NCBI GenBank assembly: GCA_028285525.1
Contig: JANQOZ010000106.1
Location: forward strand, 18,822-82,821
Source: Lysobacterales bacterium
Lineage (GTDB): Bacteria > Pseudomonadota > Gammaproteobacteria > Xanthomonadales > SZUA-38
DNA: 64,000 nt
Direction of reading: 5' to 3'
Part shown: positions 23,705 to 31,917 of the stretch, one piece after another
Layout: the number at the start of each line of letters is the position of its first letter
Position numbering within the stretch: the first letter of the stretch is position 1
Position numbers and translations under genes: made by a program
The notes under the pieces: generated by a model
Told to the model about the DNA's origin: nothing
Seen by the model: only the letters and a program-made list of their open reading frames with translations
The model's database searches: none

Positions 23705-24130
23705 ATGACCGATCCAGTCGATTTTCACAAATTCATATTGATTGGAACCGCCGGTGAGCCAACATTCGATGAAGTCGCGCTTGCGAGCTATCATCCACCA
23801 ACAAATGCTGCTGATCGAGTTGGATACACTACAGAATCACTGCTCGGCTCTGATGGAAACCATTGGTACGTGAAGCTTTTGCTCACGGGAAGTTGGCATC
23901 GTGAAGCAAAACGACTAACTTCAGACCTAAAATTTTTCATCGAAACTGAGGATCAGTTGCTCGCTACCAACGTCGATAACGAGGAAATTTTCGCTGATGG
24001 GTGGGAACTGACGGCGTATCGACTTCGTCTGCCGAGAACTGGCGATCCCGCGGGCACCGTCATGGTCGGAGAACTCACCTGGGAAAAGGGAACTCTTGTC
24101 AAAGTTACGAGTTGGTATTGGAAAGAATGA
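23705..24130 (+). CDS. Hypothetical 141-aa protein, operon partner of the CHAT protein
   Basis: The ATG at 23705 is preceded by aaggga. It starts 19 nt after the peroxidase stop and ends 4 nt before the CHAT ATG. No recognisable domain. Confidence 0.5.
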   Translation: MTDPVDFHKFILIGTAGEPTFDEVALASYHPPTNAADRVGYTTESLLGSDGNHWYVKLLLTGSWHREAKRLTSDLKFFIETEDQLLATNVDNEEIFADGWELTAYRLRLPRTGDPAGTVMVGELTWEKGTLVKVTSWYWKE

Positions 24131-24134
24131 AGCT

Positions 24135-27100
24135 ATGACGAGATCGCGTAACCCATTTGATCTCGCTAGAAATCGGCTAGGCCTGATAGGAGCTTTGGCG
24201 TTTCTTTTCGCCACGCCGTCGATTTTAGCTACTACGGTCTCTTCAGAAAGCTCAGGGATTTTCGTTGGACCTGGGGAAACGGATTCTGAGGAAACGATGG
24301 TGTTTGTATTACGCCCATCTCAACTCGCCGCAGAGGTACGCCTAGAGTTCCCCTCAGGGGGGTCGTTAGCTTTCCTACCTGCGATGATGCCCGGTGTGGC
24401 CGTGGCGGGTCCGGTCGCTGCAAGAAAAGCTTCAGATTGGCTGCTTGCGCCTGTCGGGAACCATGCCTCGATCCCGCACGATGTGGAGGTCGAAGTCTAT
24501 CGCAATAGTCAAGATGAACAGTTTGGTTCTTACAGCACTCTAAGCGAGGCTCTGAATCGATTGTACGAGGGTACCAGCTCGGGCGAGAGAGCCGCCCTGG
24601 AGCTTCTGCAGAATCGGCTCGATCACGGTGGGATTAAAACTGATAGTGATCGACATTTAGCCTATGCATTGGCGAAAGCATATGGAGATGCGGGTAAGCC
24701 AGAATTGGCAGCAGATTTGCTCAACTCTATCGAAGCGCGTTGGCCCGATTCAAATTTAACATTCATCCATTTGGCTGGCGTCGCACGCGCCCGGCAAGCT
24801 GCAGAGGAATATGCTGCCGTAATTGAGCTTCTATCGCCTACGGTGGCTAGATACTGCGCGGATCAGCAATTTGTGTCCGAGTATGAATTGGATTGCGCGA
24901 AGATCATGCTGATGCTTGCTGGCGCCAATCTGATGCATGCTTCCCGTGGTCAGCAAAAGGAGCTCGTGCACTTAGCCAATGAAAGCCTCGAAAAACTGCT
25001 TAAGACGACAACCCTTCGAAAATCGCGCACTTTGACTGCGGACACGTATTCTTTGTTGGCATTGGCGGCGCTAATTTCGGGTTCATTCTCGGAGGCCAAC
25101 ACCTATTACCAACTCGCAATGGTGGAGTTTAAAAGTAATCTGACAACGCACCTGGATCAAATCAGGTCGAATCGAGTAAATCGAGCTTCCGTCTTAAATC
25201 GGTTAGGAAAGGTGAGCGAGGCGCAAAGAATACTGAGGGAAGTGCTTGCTGACTCAAGCGAGCAAATGACTGCCGAGTCCCAACTCGGAATACTCTTTAA
25301 TCTTGCTCTCACATATGAAGAGACAGGCGACTGGATACAATCGTATCGATACTTCAAGCAATCTCACGATCTTGCTGAAAGGATCGGAGATCGGTTTTCA
25401 ACACATCTCTCGGGCTTTCGCGCTGCCAGTTCTCTCCGAGAGAGTGGCGATGCCACAGGTGCGCTAGCAATTCATACGAGTGCCCTGAAATTCTTTGAGA
25501 CTGAGTCACCCGAGCTTGCTAACCGTCTTCGCGTGGAAATCGCGCGAGACTATCTAGATCTAGGAGATCTACTTTCAGCGCAGAGAATGATTTCCGAGGC
25601 AATGAGCGTTTCAGATAAGATCGTTAGCACCAGATACCGGCTTGACGCGCTTGCGACTGCTACTGAAGTTGCCTGGCTTAGCGCGGATTTCGAAAAAATG
25701 GCTAGGTACGAACAAAAGTTTGACAGCGAGTTCCGGGAAGCAGATCTTTTACCCGGCGTGAAGATAGACCTCTATCTTCTGTTCCTGCGCCATTCGAAAG
25801 CCTTGGGCGATAAAGCGAAGGCATCAGAGTACGCTAAAGAAGCTCTGGACCTCATGGAATCGGTCCGTCGGCAATTTACGGCTCCAGCAATTCCAAAATC
25901 ATGGGCACACCGAACTCATGACCTTGTTTCGGAGAACCTACGTCGACTCTTCCATGTAACGTGTTCACATACAACCAGATGTCGTGAGGAAGCATTTGAA
26001 ATGCTTGAGCGACACGAAAATTATTGGGTTCGTGCTGGGCGTAGAACACGTCTCAATGAATCGCTCAGTGACGCCAACTCAGTCGAACCGGCGTTGCGGG
26101 CCTATAGAACGGCAGAGGCGAACCTCGTTGATGCTGCGAGAAAGCCTGAGCAACTCGCGGTTGCGATGGAACAATTAGATCTCGCCCGAGAGCGCTATTT
26201 GGATTCGCGCTCAAACTTAGCTTTGCCTGAAGAAATAACGACTCTGACCTTCGACGAAATCCAGGCTTCGCTCCAGCCAGATACACTGGTCATTCGATTT
26301 CATTACGATGATTCGACGGAAACAATTACTGCATTTGCCGTGGGCGCAACGCAATTTCAGTCTCATGAGCTTTCGGCGCCAGATCTCCCCAGGCTATTGA
26401 ATCAATTCGCCCTGGACCGAGGTGCAGATTCCCATGTTGCTGGACAACTCTACACTACTCTATTTGGCAATCTTGGCAGCGTTAATTGGGTTGAGATTGA
26501 CAGGCTGGTGTTTGTGCTACCCGCGCTGATGGCCTCAACGCCCCTGGCTGCGTTGCCAATCCCTGGTTCACAGGAACATCTTGCGACAAGGTTTCAGATC
26601 ATTCAGACCCCATCGGTCTCTGATTTCCTTAACGAAAGGGTTCAACCTACCCCTAGTGCCAACGTCGCGGATATCGCGATATTCGCTGATCCTATTTTTG
26701 GCGAGATGATAGCAGCACAAACCGAAACCGAAGCATTCCGTAGCTGGAGTCAGAACCTCAAACGTTTGCCGTTTACTGCTCGTGAGGCTGAGTCAATTCA
26801 GAGGCGTTTCACCAATCGAAACGTAGTTTTAGCGGCCCGACGTGCCGCGACCGCAAATAATCTGCTATCTGAACCCTTTCGAAACGCGAGTGTCCTTCAC
26901 ATTGCGACCCACGGCTATTTTTCGGAAAAGACACCGGATGTAGTCGGATTAGCGGTGAGCCCTTCAAACGAAGTTGGCGACCGCGGTTTTGTGTCGCTAT
27001 CGCAATTTCTGGCAAAAGATATTAAGTCTCGCCTCGTTATTATCAGCGGATGTGAAACTGCACTGGGCAAACAGTACAACGGCGCTGGTCTGGAGAGTCT

Positions 27101-27347
27101 TACCAGCGGGTTGCTTTCCCGAGGTGCTGGATCTGTGATCGGAACTCTTTGGCCGGTAGATGATCGGGGAACGGCAACCTTTATGTCCCACTTCTACGCG
27201 GGTCTAGATCTCCATGACGGTAATGGAGCAATGGCTCTGCGGTCAGCTCAACGAGCCATGGTCGATTCTCGGAGATATCGCCACCCGAAGTATTGGTCGG
27301 GTTTCGTCATGGTGGCTTCGAACCAAAGCTATACCAGAGTACTCTAA
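24135..27347 (+). CDS. Exported or membrane-anchored TPR-repeat CHAT-domain (caspase-like) protease
   Basis: The ATG at 24135 gives MTRSRNPFDLARNRLGLIGALAFLFATPSILA (signal/anchor). About 700 aa of TPR-like helical repeats follow. The C-terminal CHAT core has the His/Cys dyad (VLHIATHGYF ... RLVIISGCETALG ... GAGSVIGTLWPVDD). Confidence 0.9.
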   Translation: MTRSRNPFDLARNRLGLIGALAFLFATPSILATTVSSESSGIFVGPGETDSEETMVFVLRPSQLAAEVRLEFPSGGSLAFLPAMMPGVAVAGPVAARKASDWLLAPVGNHASIPHDVEVEVYRNSQDEQFGSYSTLSEALNRLYEGTSSGERAALELLQNRLDHGGIKTDSDRHLAYALAKAYGDAGKPELAADLLNSIEARWPDSNLTFIHLAGVARARQAAEEYAAVIELLSPTVARYCADQQFVSEYELDCAKIMLMLAGANLMHASRGQQKELVHLANESLEKLLKTTTLRKSRTLTADTYSLLALAALISGSFSEANTYYQLAMVEFKSNLTTHLDQIRSNRVNRASVLNRLGKVSEAQRILREVLADSSEQMTAESQLGILFNLALTYEETGDWIQSYRYFKQSHDLAERIGDRFSTHLSGFRAASSLRESGDATGALAIHTSALKFFETESPELANRLRVEIARDYLDLGDLLSAQRMISEAMSVSDKIVSTRYRLDALATATEVAWLSADFEKMARYEQKFDSEFREADLLPGVKIDLYLLFLRHSKALGDKAKASEYAKEALDLMESVRRQFTAPAIPKSWAHRTHDLVSENLRRLFHVTCSHTTRCREEAFEMLERHENYWVRAGRRTRLNESLSDANSVEPALRAYRTAEANLVDAARKPEQLAVAMEQLDLARERYLDSRSNLALPEEITTLTFDEIQASLQPDTLVIRFHYDDSTETITAFAVGATQFQSHELSAPDLPRLLNQFALDRGADSHVAGQLYTTLFGNLGSVNWVEIDRLVFVLPALMASTPLAALPIPGSQEHLATRFQIIQTPSVSDFLNERVQPTPSANVADIAIFADPIFGEMIAAQTETEAFRSWSQNLKRLPFTAREAESIQRRFTNRNVVLAARRAATANNLLSEPFRNASVLHIATHGYFSEKTPDVVGLAVSPSNEVGDRGFVSLSQFLAKDIKSRLVIISGCETALGKQYNGAGLESLTSGLLSRGAGSVIGTLWPVDDRGTATFMSHFYAGLDLHDGNGAMALRSAQRAMVDSRRYRHPKYWSGFVMVASNQSYTRVL

Positions 27348-27362
27348 GGCCTGAAGTGTCAC

Positions 27363-28058
27363 CTATTCTGCCACGACCGAGTAAGAAACAGTCGGCGTTG
27401 ATTCCTCAGCAGTGAATACCTCGATCACTAAATCGCCCGTCGGAAGGAAACCAGAGGGGATATAGATTTTCACCTCACCATTGTCGGATTTCAGTCCCGA
27501 AAGTTCTCCTACTGCTTCGCCGTCCGGTTGAGTTATGACTAGGCGATATGAGTCGTTTGCGTTCACAGGTACGCTGGCGTAAACGAGCGAATGTTCACTA
27601 GCAGAAACCCGAGTGGGTTGGATTTCTCCCGAACGCATAGTCTCTAGGTATACCAGGTCTACTTTGTCAGAGATTGCACGCGAGGCTTCGAGCATTGCTT
27701 GGAGCTGTTGATTCTCCCGGCTAGCTGAAACCAATAGAGTTCCCAATCCTACAATGGCCGCTGCCGCGGCAGCCGCAGCAAGTAACGAGCCTGTTAGCCA
27801 CTTGCTCGGATCCGTCTTTCTTGGTGATGGCCCAGGAGCGAAACCCGTCTCGGCGGCTAAGTAATGATCAAGGGCTAGATCTGCGCTCAGATCAAACAAC
27901 AAATCGGGGTGCTCTGCCAGCCAAAGCTCAAACTCTTCCACTTCACGAGTGCTCAGTTGGTTGGCTTGGTATTTCCTAGCGAGACTTTCATCCAGGCCGT
28001 CAAGCGCGAGACGTTCCTGGATTTCTGAGTAAGCCTCGGTTTGGGTTTTCGCCGTCAT
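27363..28058 (-). CDS. Single-pass anti-sigma factor (no zinc-finger cysteines)
   Basis: There is a 4-nt ATGA overlap with the upstream ECF sigma gene. The N-terminal cytoplasmic helix region is LARKYQANQLSTREVEEFELWLAEHPDL, with one TM helix (LLAAAAAAAAIVGLGTLLV) and a ~130-aa extracytoplasmic domain. Confidence 0.65.
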   Translation of the reverse strand: MTAKTQTEAYSEIQERLALDGLDESLARKYQANQLSTREVEEFELWLAEHPDLLFDLSADLALDHYLAAETGFAPGPSPRKTDPSKWLTGSLLAAAAAAAAIVGLGTLLVSASRENQQLQAMLEASRAISDKVDLVYLETMRSGEIQPTRVSASEHSLVYASVPVNANDSYRLVITQPDGEAVGELSGLKSDNGEVKIYIPSGFLPTGDLVIEVFTAEESTPTVSYSVVAE

Positions 28059-28648
28059 TCTCTTCGGCCGTCTAAGTGTTTCTTCGTAAACAACTCGCGA
28101 AGCCTACCTTTTGCCCGGAATAGCACCCGATCAAAAAGACCAGAGTCTAGGTTGAGGTCCCGGCAAATTTCGCCTTTCTCCGCACCTAGAACAAAGTACC
28201 GCCGCAGAATATCTCGGTCTCTCGGTACTGTTAGATCGTCTATGCATTGTTTTGCACACTCGATTAGATCTATCCACTCCGTTTTGGCAGCTACATTTTC
28301 AGGCGAAGCCTCTAGTTCTGCTAACACCTGCGGATCGGATAGGAGTTGCTTGTTTTCACGAGTCATAAACCTTGCGGCCATTCGAAGACCCGTCCGCCGA
28401 AGGTAACCAAGAACTCTATCTGGGTTCTCGACCTTTGCGTCTTGAAGGCTCGTGATTGTCACAACTAGCGCCTCCTGTGCAATGTCTTCAACCCATGACG
28501 ACTCGACGTATCGCTTTCGTATGATGAAAACCAGCCAGCGATAGTACTTCTCATAAAATTGACTCTCCGCATCCTTGTCTCCCTCCATGATTCTCCGGGC
28601 CAATTCTCCGGCCGCGGAGCCTCGGGATGGCTCCGACTCGTCCCCCAC
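28055..28648 (-). CDS. ECF (sigma-70 family, group 4) RNA polymerase sigma factor
   Basis: 197 aa with a GTG start. Region 2 (FYEKYYRWLVFIIRKRY...EDIAQEALV) and region 4 (ILRRYFVLGAEKGEICRDLNL...RAKGRL) are both recognisable. Confidence 0.85.
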   Translation of the reverse strand: MGDESEPSRGSAAGELARRIMEGDKDAESQFYEKYYRWLVFIIRKRYVESSWVEDIAQEALVVTITSLQDAKVENPDRVLGYLRRTGLRMAARFMTRENKQLLSDPQVLAELEASPENVAAKTEWIDLIECAKQCIDDLTVPRDRDILRRYFVLGAEKGEICRDLNLDSGLFDRVLFRAKGRLRELFTKKHLDGRRE

Positions 28649-28796
28649 GTCGACTCCTGATTGCTGAACTCATGCGCTACGATCGATTGGTGTCCAGTTA
28701 TACCACTCGCGCGGCTATGGTTCTAAGCGGCGCTGAATTTCCGTTTTTTGGCGCCGATCAGGATTTATTCCTAGTAGATAAGTGCCTTGAGAATTC

Positions 28797-28820
28797 GAAA
28801 CCTATCACCGGCATGTCGTA
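28797..28820 (+). promoter_or_regulatory. Candidate ECF-type promoter (GAAAC-N15-CGTA) upstream of the second ECF sigma gene
   Basis: GAAAC at 28797-28801 and CGTA at 28817-28820, in the divergent region between the two ECF sigma genes. This is a pattern match only. Confidence 0.25.
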
Positions 28821-29029
28821 AAACTTGCCTATGCTTTCTTAATTGGATGCGAGCTTTCCCAAGTCCTGTTCACTACTAACGTATGTCAAGGCTACTGATC
28901 CATAGGGTCTGTCGGCAATTTCTGCGCTTTGCCGTAGGAATCTTCAGAAATTCATCAGATTTCTTGCCGCGACAAAAAAGTCCCTACGGTTCACTGTGCT
29001 TTTCCCACACGACGCCCCGGAAAAGCACC

Positions 29030-29653
29030 ATGGAATGCGTAGCAGAGGTCCCTGCGATCCACCGACGAAAAGAGCCGATCCGCAGTAATCTGGCCGAACA
29101 TTTTCTACGTGCCCGGCACGGCGACCAGCAGGCAGAGTCTGCTTTGGTTAATCACCTCTACCCACGGGTGACACGATTCGTCCGGGCTCAGACCCGAAAC
29201 ACGGAGCTTGTTGAGGGGGTGGTTCAGGACACCTTCCTGGTATTCCTAAAAAAAATTCGTGCCGGCGCGCCGGCAGACCCGGCCAAGATCGAAAGCTATG
29301 CGTTCGGGATCGCCCGATTCACCCTAATCGCCCGCTGTCGACTGCTGGCCCGCCTTTCAGAAACGGAGATCTCCGAAGAAATCTCCTGTGACAACGAAGG
29401 AGATTCACCCCTGGATATCGTCCTAGCCGAAGAGGTGTACGCCTGGGTTGAAAAAGCGATCGATCGGCTATCCAAAGAAAGAGACCGACAGTTGATGAGG
29501 CACTACATCGCCGAAGAGTTGGGCACCTCAGATTTGTGTGATTTGATAAAGGTAAGCCGAGACCATCTATACCGCGTGCTGTGGCGTGCAAAGAAGCGCC
29601 TGGGTGAAATCCTCAAGGAAAGCGCCAGGACGCACGAACTGCTTGAATCGTAA
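29030..29653 (+). CDS. ECF sigma factor (second, divergent copy)
   Basis: Region 2 (LVNHLYPRVTRFVRAQT...EGVVQDTFLVFLKK) and region 4 (RQLMRHYIAEELGTSDLCDLIKVSRDHLYRVLWRAKKRL) are present. The ATG at 29030 gives a typical 207 aa. The track ORF starts at ATG 28883, which remains an alternative. Confidence 0.8.
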   Translation: MECVAEVPAIHRRKEPIRSNLAEHFLRARHGDQQAESALVNHLYPRVTRFVRAQTRNTELVEGVVQDTFLVFLKKIRAGAPADPAKIESYAFGIARFTLIARCRLLARLSETEISEEISCDNEGDSPLDIVLAEEVYAWVEKAIDRLSKERDRQLMRHYIAEELGTSDLCDLIKVSRDHLYRVLWRAKKRLGEILKESARTHELLES

Positions 29654-29682
29654 CCCAATGACCCAGGGGCAAGTGAGAGGAA

Positions 29683-31905
29683 ATGGCCAAACGCAAAAAG
29701 ATCGCCATCGTCGGAGGTGGTCCTGCCGGGCTTAGCGCCGCGTTTCATTTGACGCAGGTTAAGGACTGGGATGCGCAATATGACATTACGGTCTATCAGC
29801 CGGGTTGGCGGCTGGGCGGTAAAGGCGCTACCGGCCGGGGTGAGGATACCCATTGGCGCGTTGAAGAACACGGGGTGCATGGCTTTTGCCGTTTTTACTT
29901 CAACACCTGGGGCATGATCAAGGAGGTGTATGAAAAGCTGGACCCGTCACACTACCCTAAGTTGATGTCCACTGAATTGCCGGATGCGTTTCTTCCAACC
30001 TCCTTCAGTTACCCTATCTCCAACGCCGATGAGCTTTATAAGCCGGAGCCGTCGGCGCTGCCGCGACATACCGGGAAGCCATGGTGCACGCCGCTGGCTC
30101 CGCTTCCTGAGCCGATTACGCTGCTCGAGAAACTGCTCCGATCGATAACTCATCGTCAAAATCTCAACGACGCCCTCGCATCCTTCAACCGGGATCTGCA
30201 AGAAATTTACACGTCCAGCTTTCAGCGAATCCTTAATACGCCGAATCGAGTCAAGCTGATGATCGCCATTCATCGTGCCAAAGCCGCGGTGGAGCGCCTA
30301 AGCGAGCGTGAGCATGTCACGGATGCAATCCGCGATACGCTGATCAAGCGATTCAAATCCGTTCAGAAGTACACCCATCAGGAAATCAAGAACCATGAGA
30401 ACGACCAACGGGGCTTCAGCTACCGGCTGACTATCCTGGATATCTTCACTGCGACCATCATTGGGGTTCTTAAAGAGGGGTATCTGACCGAACCGGAGGC
30501 TGAACTCGATCATATTGACGACTTGCGCGCGGACGTGTGGCTGCGGATGCATGGCGCCCATGCCTCGTCGATGAACTCACCGGCTTTTGTTGCAGTGCCG
30601 AATATTCTTTTCTCCTCGCCCAGCGGCAACGACAACCGTTATCCTGAGTTATCCGCTGCGTCGTGGCTGGGTTGGCTGCTTCGCGCGCTGACAGGCGACG
30701 GCGACTATTACTACTTTTTCCAGGCCGGAACTGGCGAATCGGTGATGCTGCCCCTCTATCTTCATCTGGTGGATCAAGGGGTGAAGTTCGAGTTTTTCCA
30801 TAAGCTTCGATCAGTCACTACGGCAACCAACGGCCGCGGTGACCGCAGAATCCATACCCTGCTATTCGATCAACAAGCGCAGCCAACGGACGGCGAGTAC
30901 TACCCTCTGATCAACATGGACTGGGAGAAAGAACCTGGTGCGCCAACCACAAAAGAGGTCTGGCCTAACGAACCGCGCTGGGATCAACTTGTAGACGGCA
31001 CTCAGTTGAAAGACAGCGGGGTCGACTTCGAAGCCTGGGAAAGCCCCTCATCGCCGAAGCCGGGTAAGGTGACATTAACCGAAGGGTCGGAGTTCGATTT
31101 TGTCGTGATGGCGATCCCGCCGTCCGTATTTCCTCTGGTGGGACTGGATTTCGGCGCGTGGCAAATCGCGAACGAACGTCTCTCGACGACCGCAACCCAC
31201 GCCGCCCAGGTCTGGTTTACGAAGAGCACTGCAGAGATGGGCTGGTCATTTGATCCGGACCTGGAACTCCCGCACACCAGCCGGTACGCATCACCCACGT
31301 TTCCGGCGCCGCTCAGTGCCATGGTGGCTTTCGATGATCTGATCCAGTACGAAGGCTGGCCCAAAGATGATCCGCCGGAAGGGCTCCTTTACGCCTGTGG
31401 GCCAATCCAAACCGACAAGAAGGCCACTGAGCCGGAGAAACTCATCCGCACCCAAACCCACGCTGAAAGCATCGTGCGAGTGCTGGGCAATTTTCTTAAG
31501 GACGGTCGACTGGATATCGAAGCGCGCCATGACGCCATGACGCTGGATTTTGAACTAATCTACGATCGGGAAGGTCGCGAAGGCCCGCAACGGATGGGAT
31601 ACCAGTTCTACAAAGTGAACGACGACCCGATGGAGGCCTATGTGCAAGCGCCCCCGCGCAGTGCTTCCGGTCGAATGCACGCTTGGGAAACCGGGTTAAC
31701 CAATACGGTCGCCGCCGGGGACTGGATCTATACCGGCATCAATGTCGGCGCCTTTGAGAGCGCGGTGACTGGCGGAAAGCTCGCCGCTTTCGCGCTAACC
31801 GGTGAGCCACATATCGACGAGATCAAGGGTTTCGACTTTCTCCACGCCGGCGCCCGCCGCAAGGCGAACAAGGCACAAGCTGACGGCCTCATTCCGCTCA
31901 TCTAG
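29683..31905 (+). CDS. Large FAD/NAD(P)-binding oxidoreductase (amine-oxidase / COG3349-like)
   Basis: 740 aa. N-terminal dinucleotide fold KKIAIVGGGPAGLSAAFHL...VYQPGWRLGGKG and C-terminal flavin motif AAGDWIYTGINVGAFESAVTGG. It starts 29 nt after the ECF sigma stop. Confidence 0.8.
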   Translation: MAKRKKIAIVGGGPAGLSAAFHLTQVKDWDAQYDITVYQPGWRLGGKGATGRGEDTHWRVEEHGVHGFCRFYFNTWGMIKEVYEKLDPSHYPKLMSTELPDAFLPTSFSYPISNADELYKPEPSALPRHTGKPWCTPLAPLPEPITLLEKLLRSITHRQNLNDALASFNRDLQEIYTSSFQRILNTPNRVKLMIAIHRAKAAVERLSEREHVTDAIRDTLIKRFKSVQKYTHQEIKNHENDQRGFSYRLTILDIFTATIIGVLKEGYLTEPEAELDHIDDLRADVWLRMHGAHASSMNSPAFVAVPNILFSSPSGNDNRYPELSAASWLGWLLRALTGDGDYYYFFQAGTGESVMLPLYLHLVDQGVKFEFFHKLRSVTTATNGRGDRRIHTLLFDQQAQPTDGEYYPLINMDWEKEPGAPTTKEVWPNEPRWDQLVDGTQLKDSGVDFEAWESPSSPKPGKVTLTEGSEFDFVVMAIPPSVFPLVGLDFGAWQIANERLSTTATHAAQVWFTKSTAEMGWSFDPDLELPHTSRYASPTFPAPLSAMVAFDDLIQYEGWPKDDPPEGLLYACGPIQTDKKATEPEKLIRTQTHAESIVRVLGNFLKDGRLDIEARHDAMTLDFELIYDREGREGPQRMGYQFYKVNDDPMEAYVQAPPRSASGRMHAWETGLTNTVAAGDWIYTGINVGAFESAVTGGKLAAFALTGEPHIDEIKGFDFLHAGARRKANKAQADGLIPLI

Positions 31906-31917
31906 GTTCGGCGGTCG

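Noticed and set aside
23987-24010. IFADGWEL inside the 141-aa protein, resembling the C-terminal tag
   Set aside because: It is internal (residues 95-102 of 141), the protein has no signal peptide, and Trp replaces the Phe/Leu. I did not count it as an instance of the tag.
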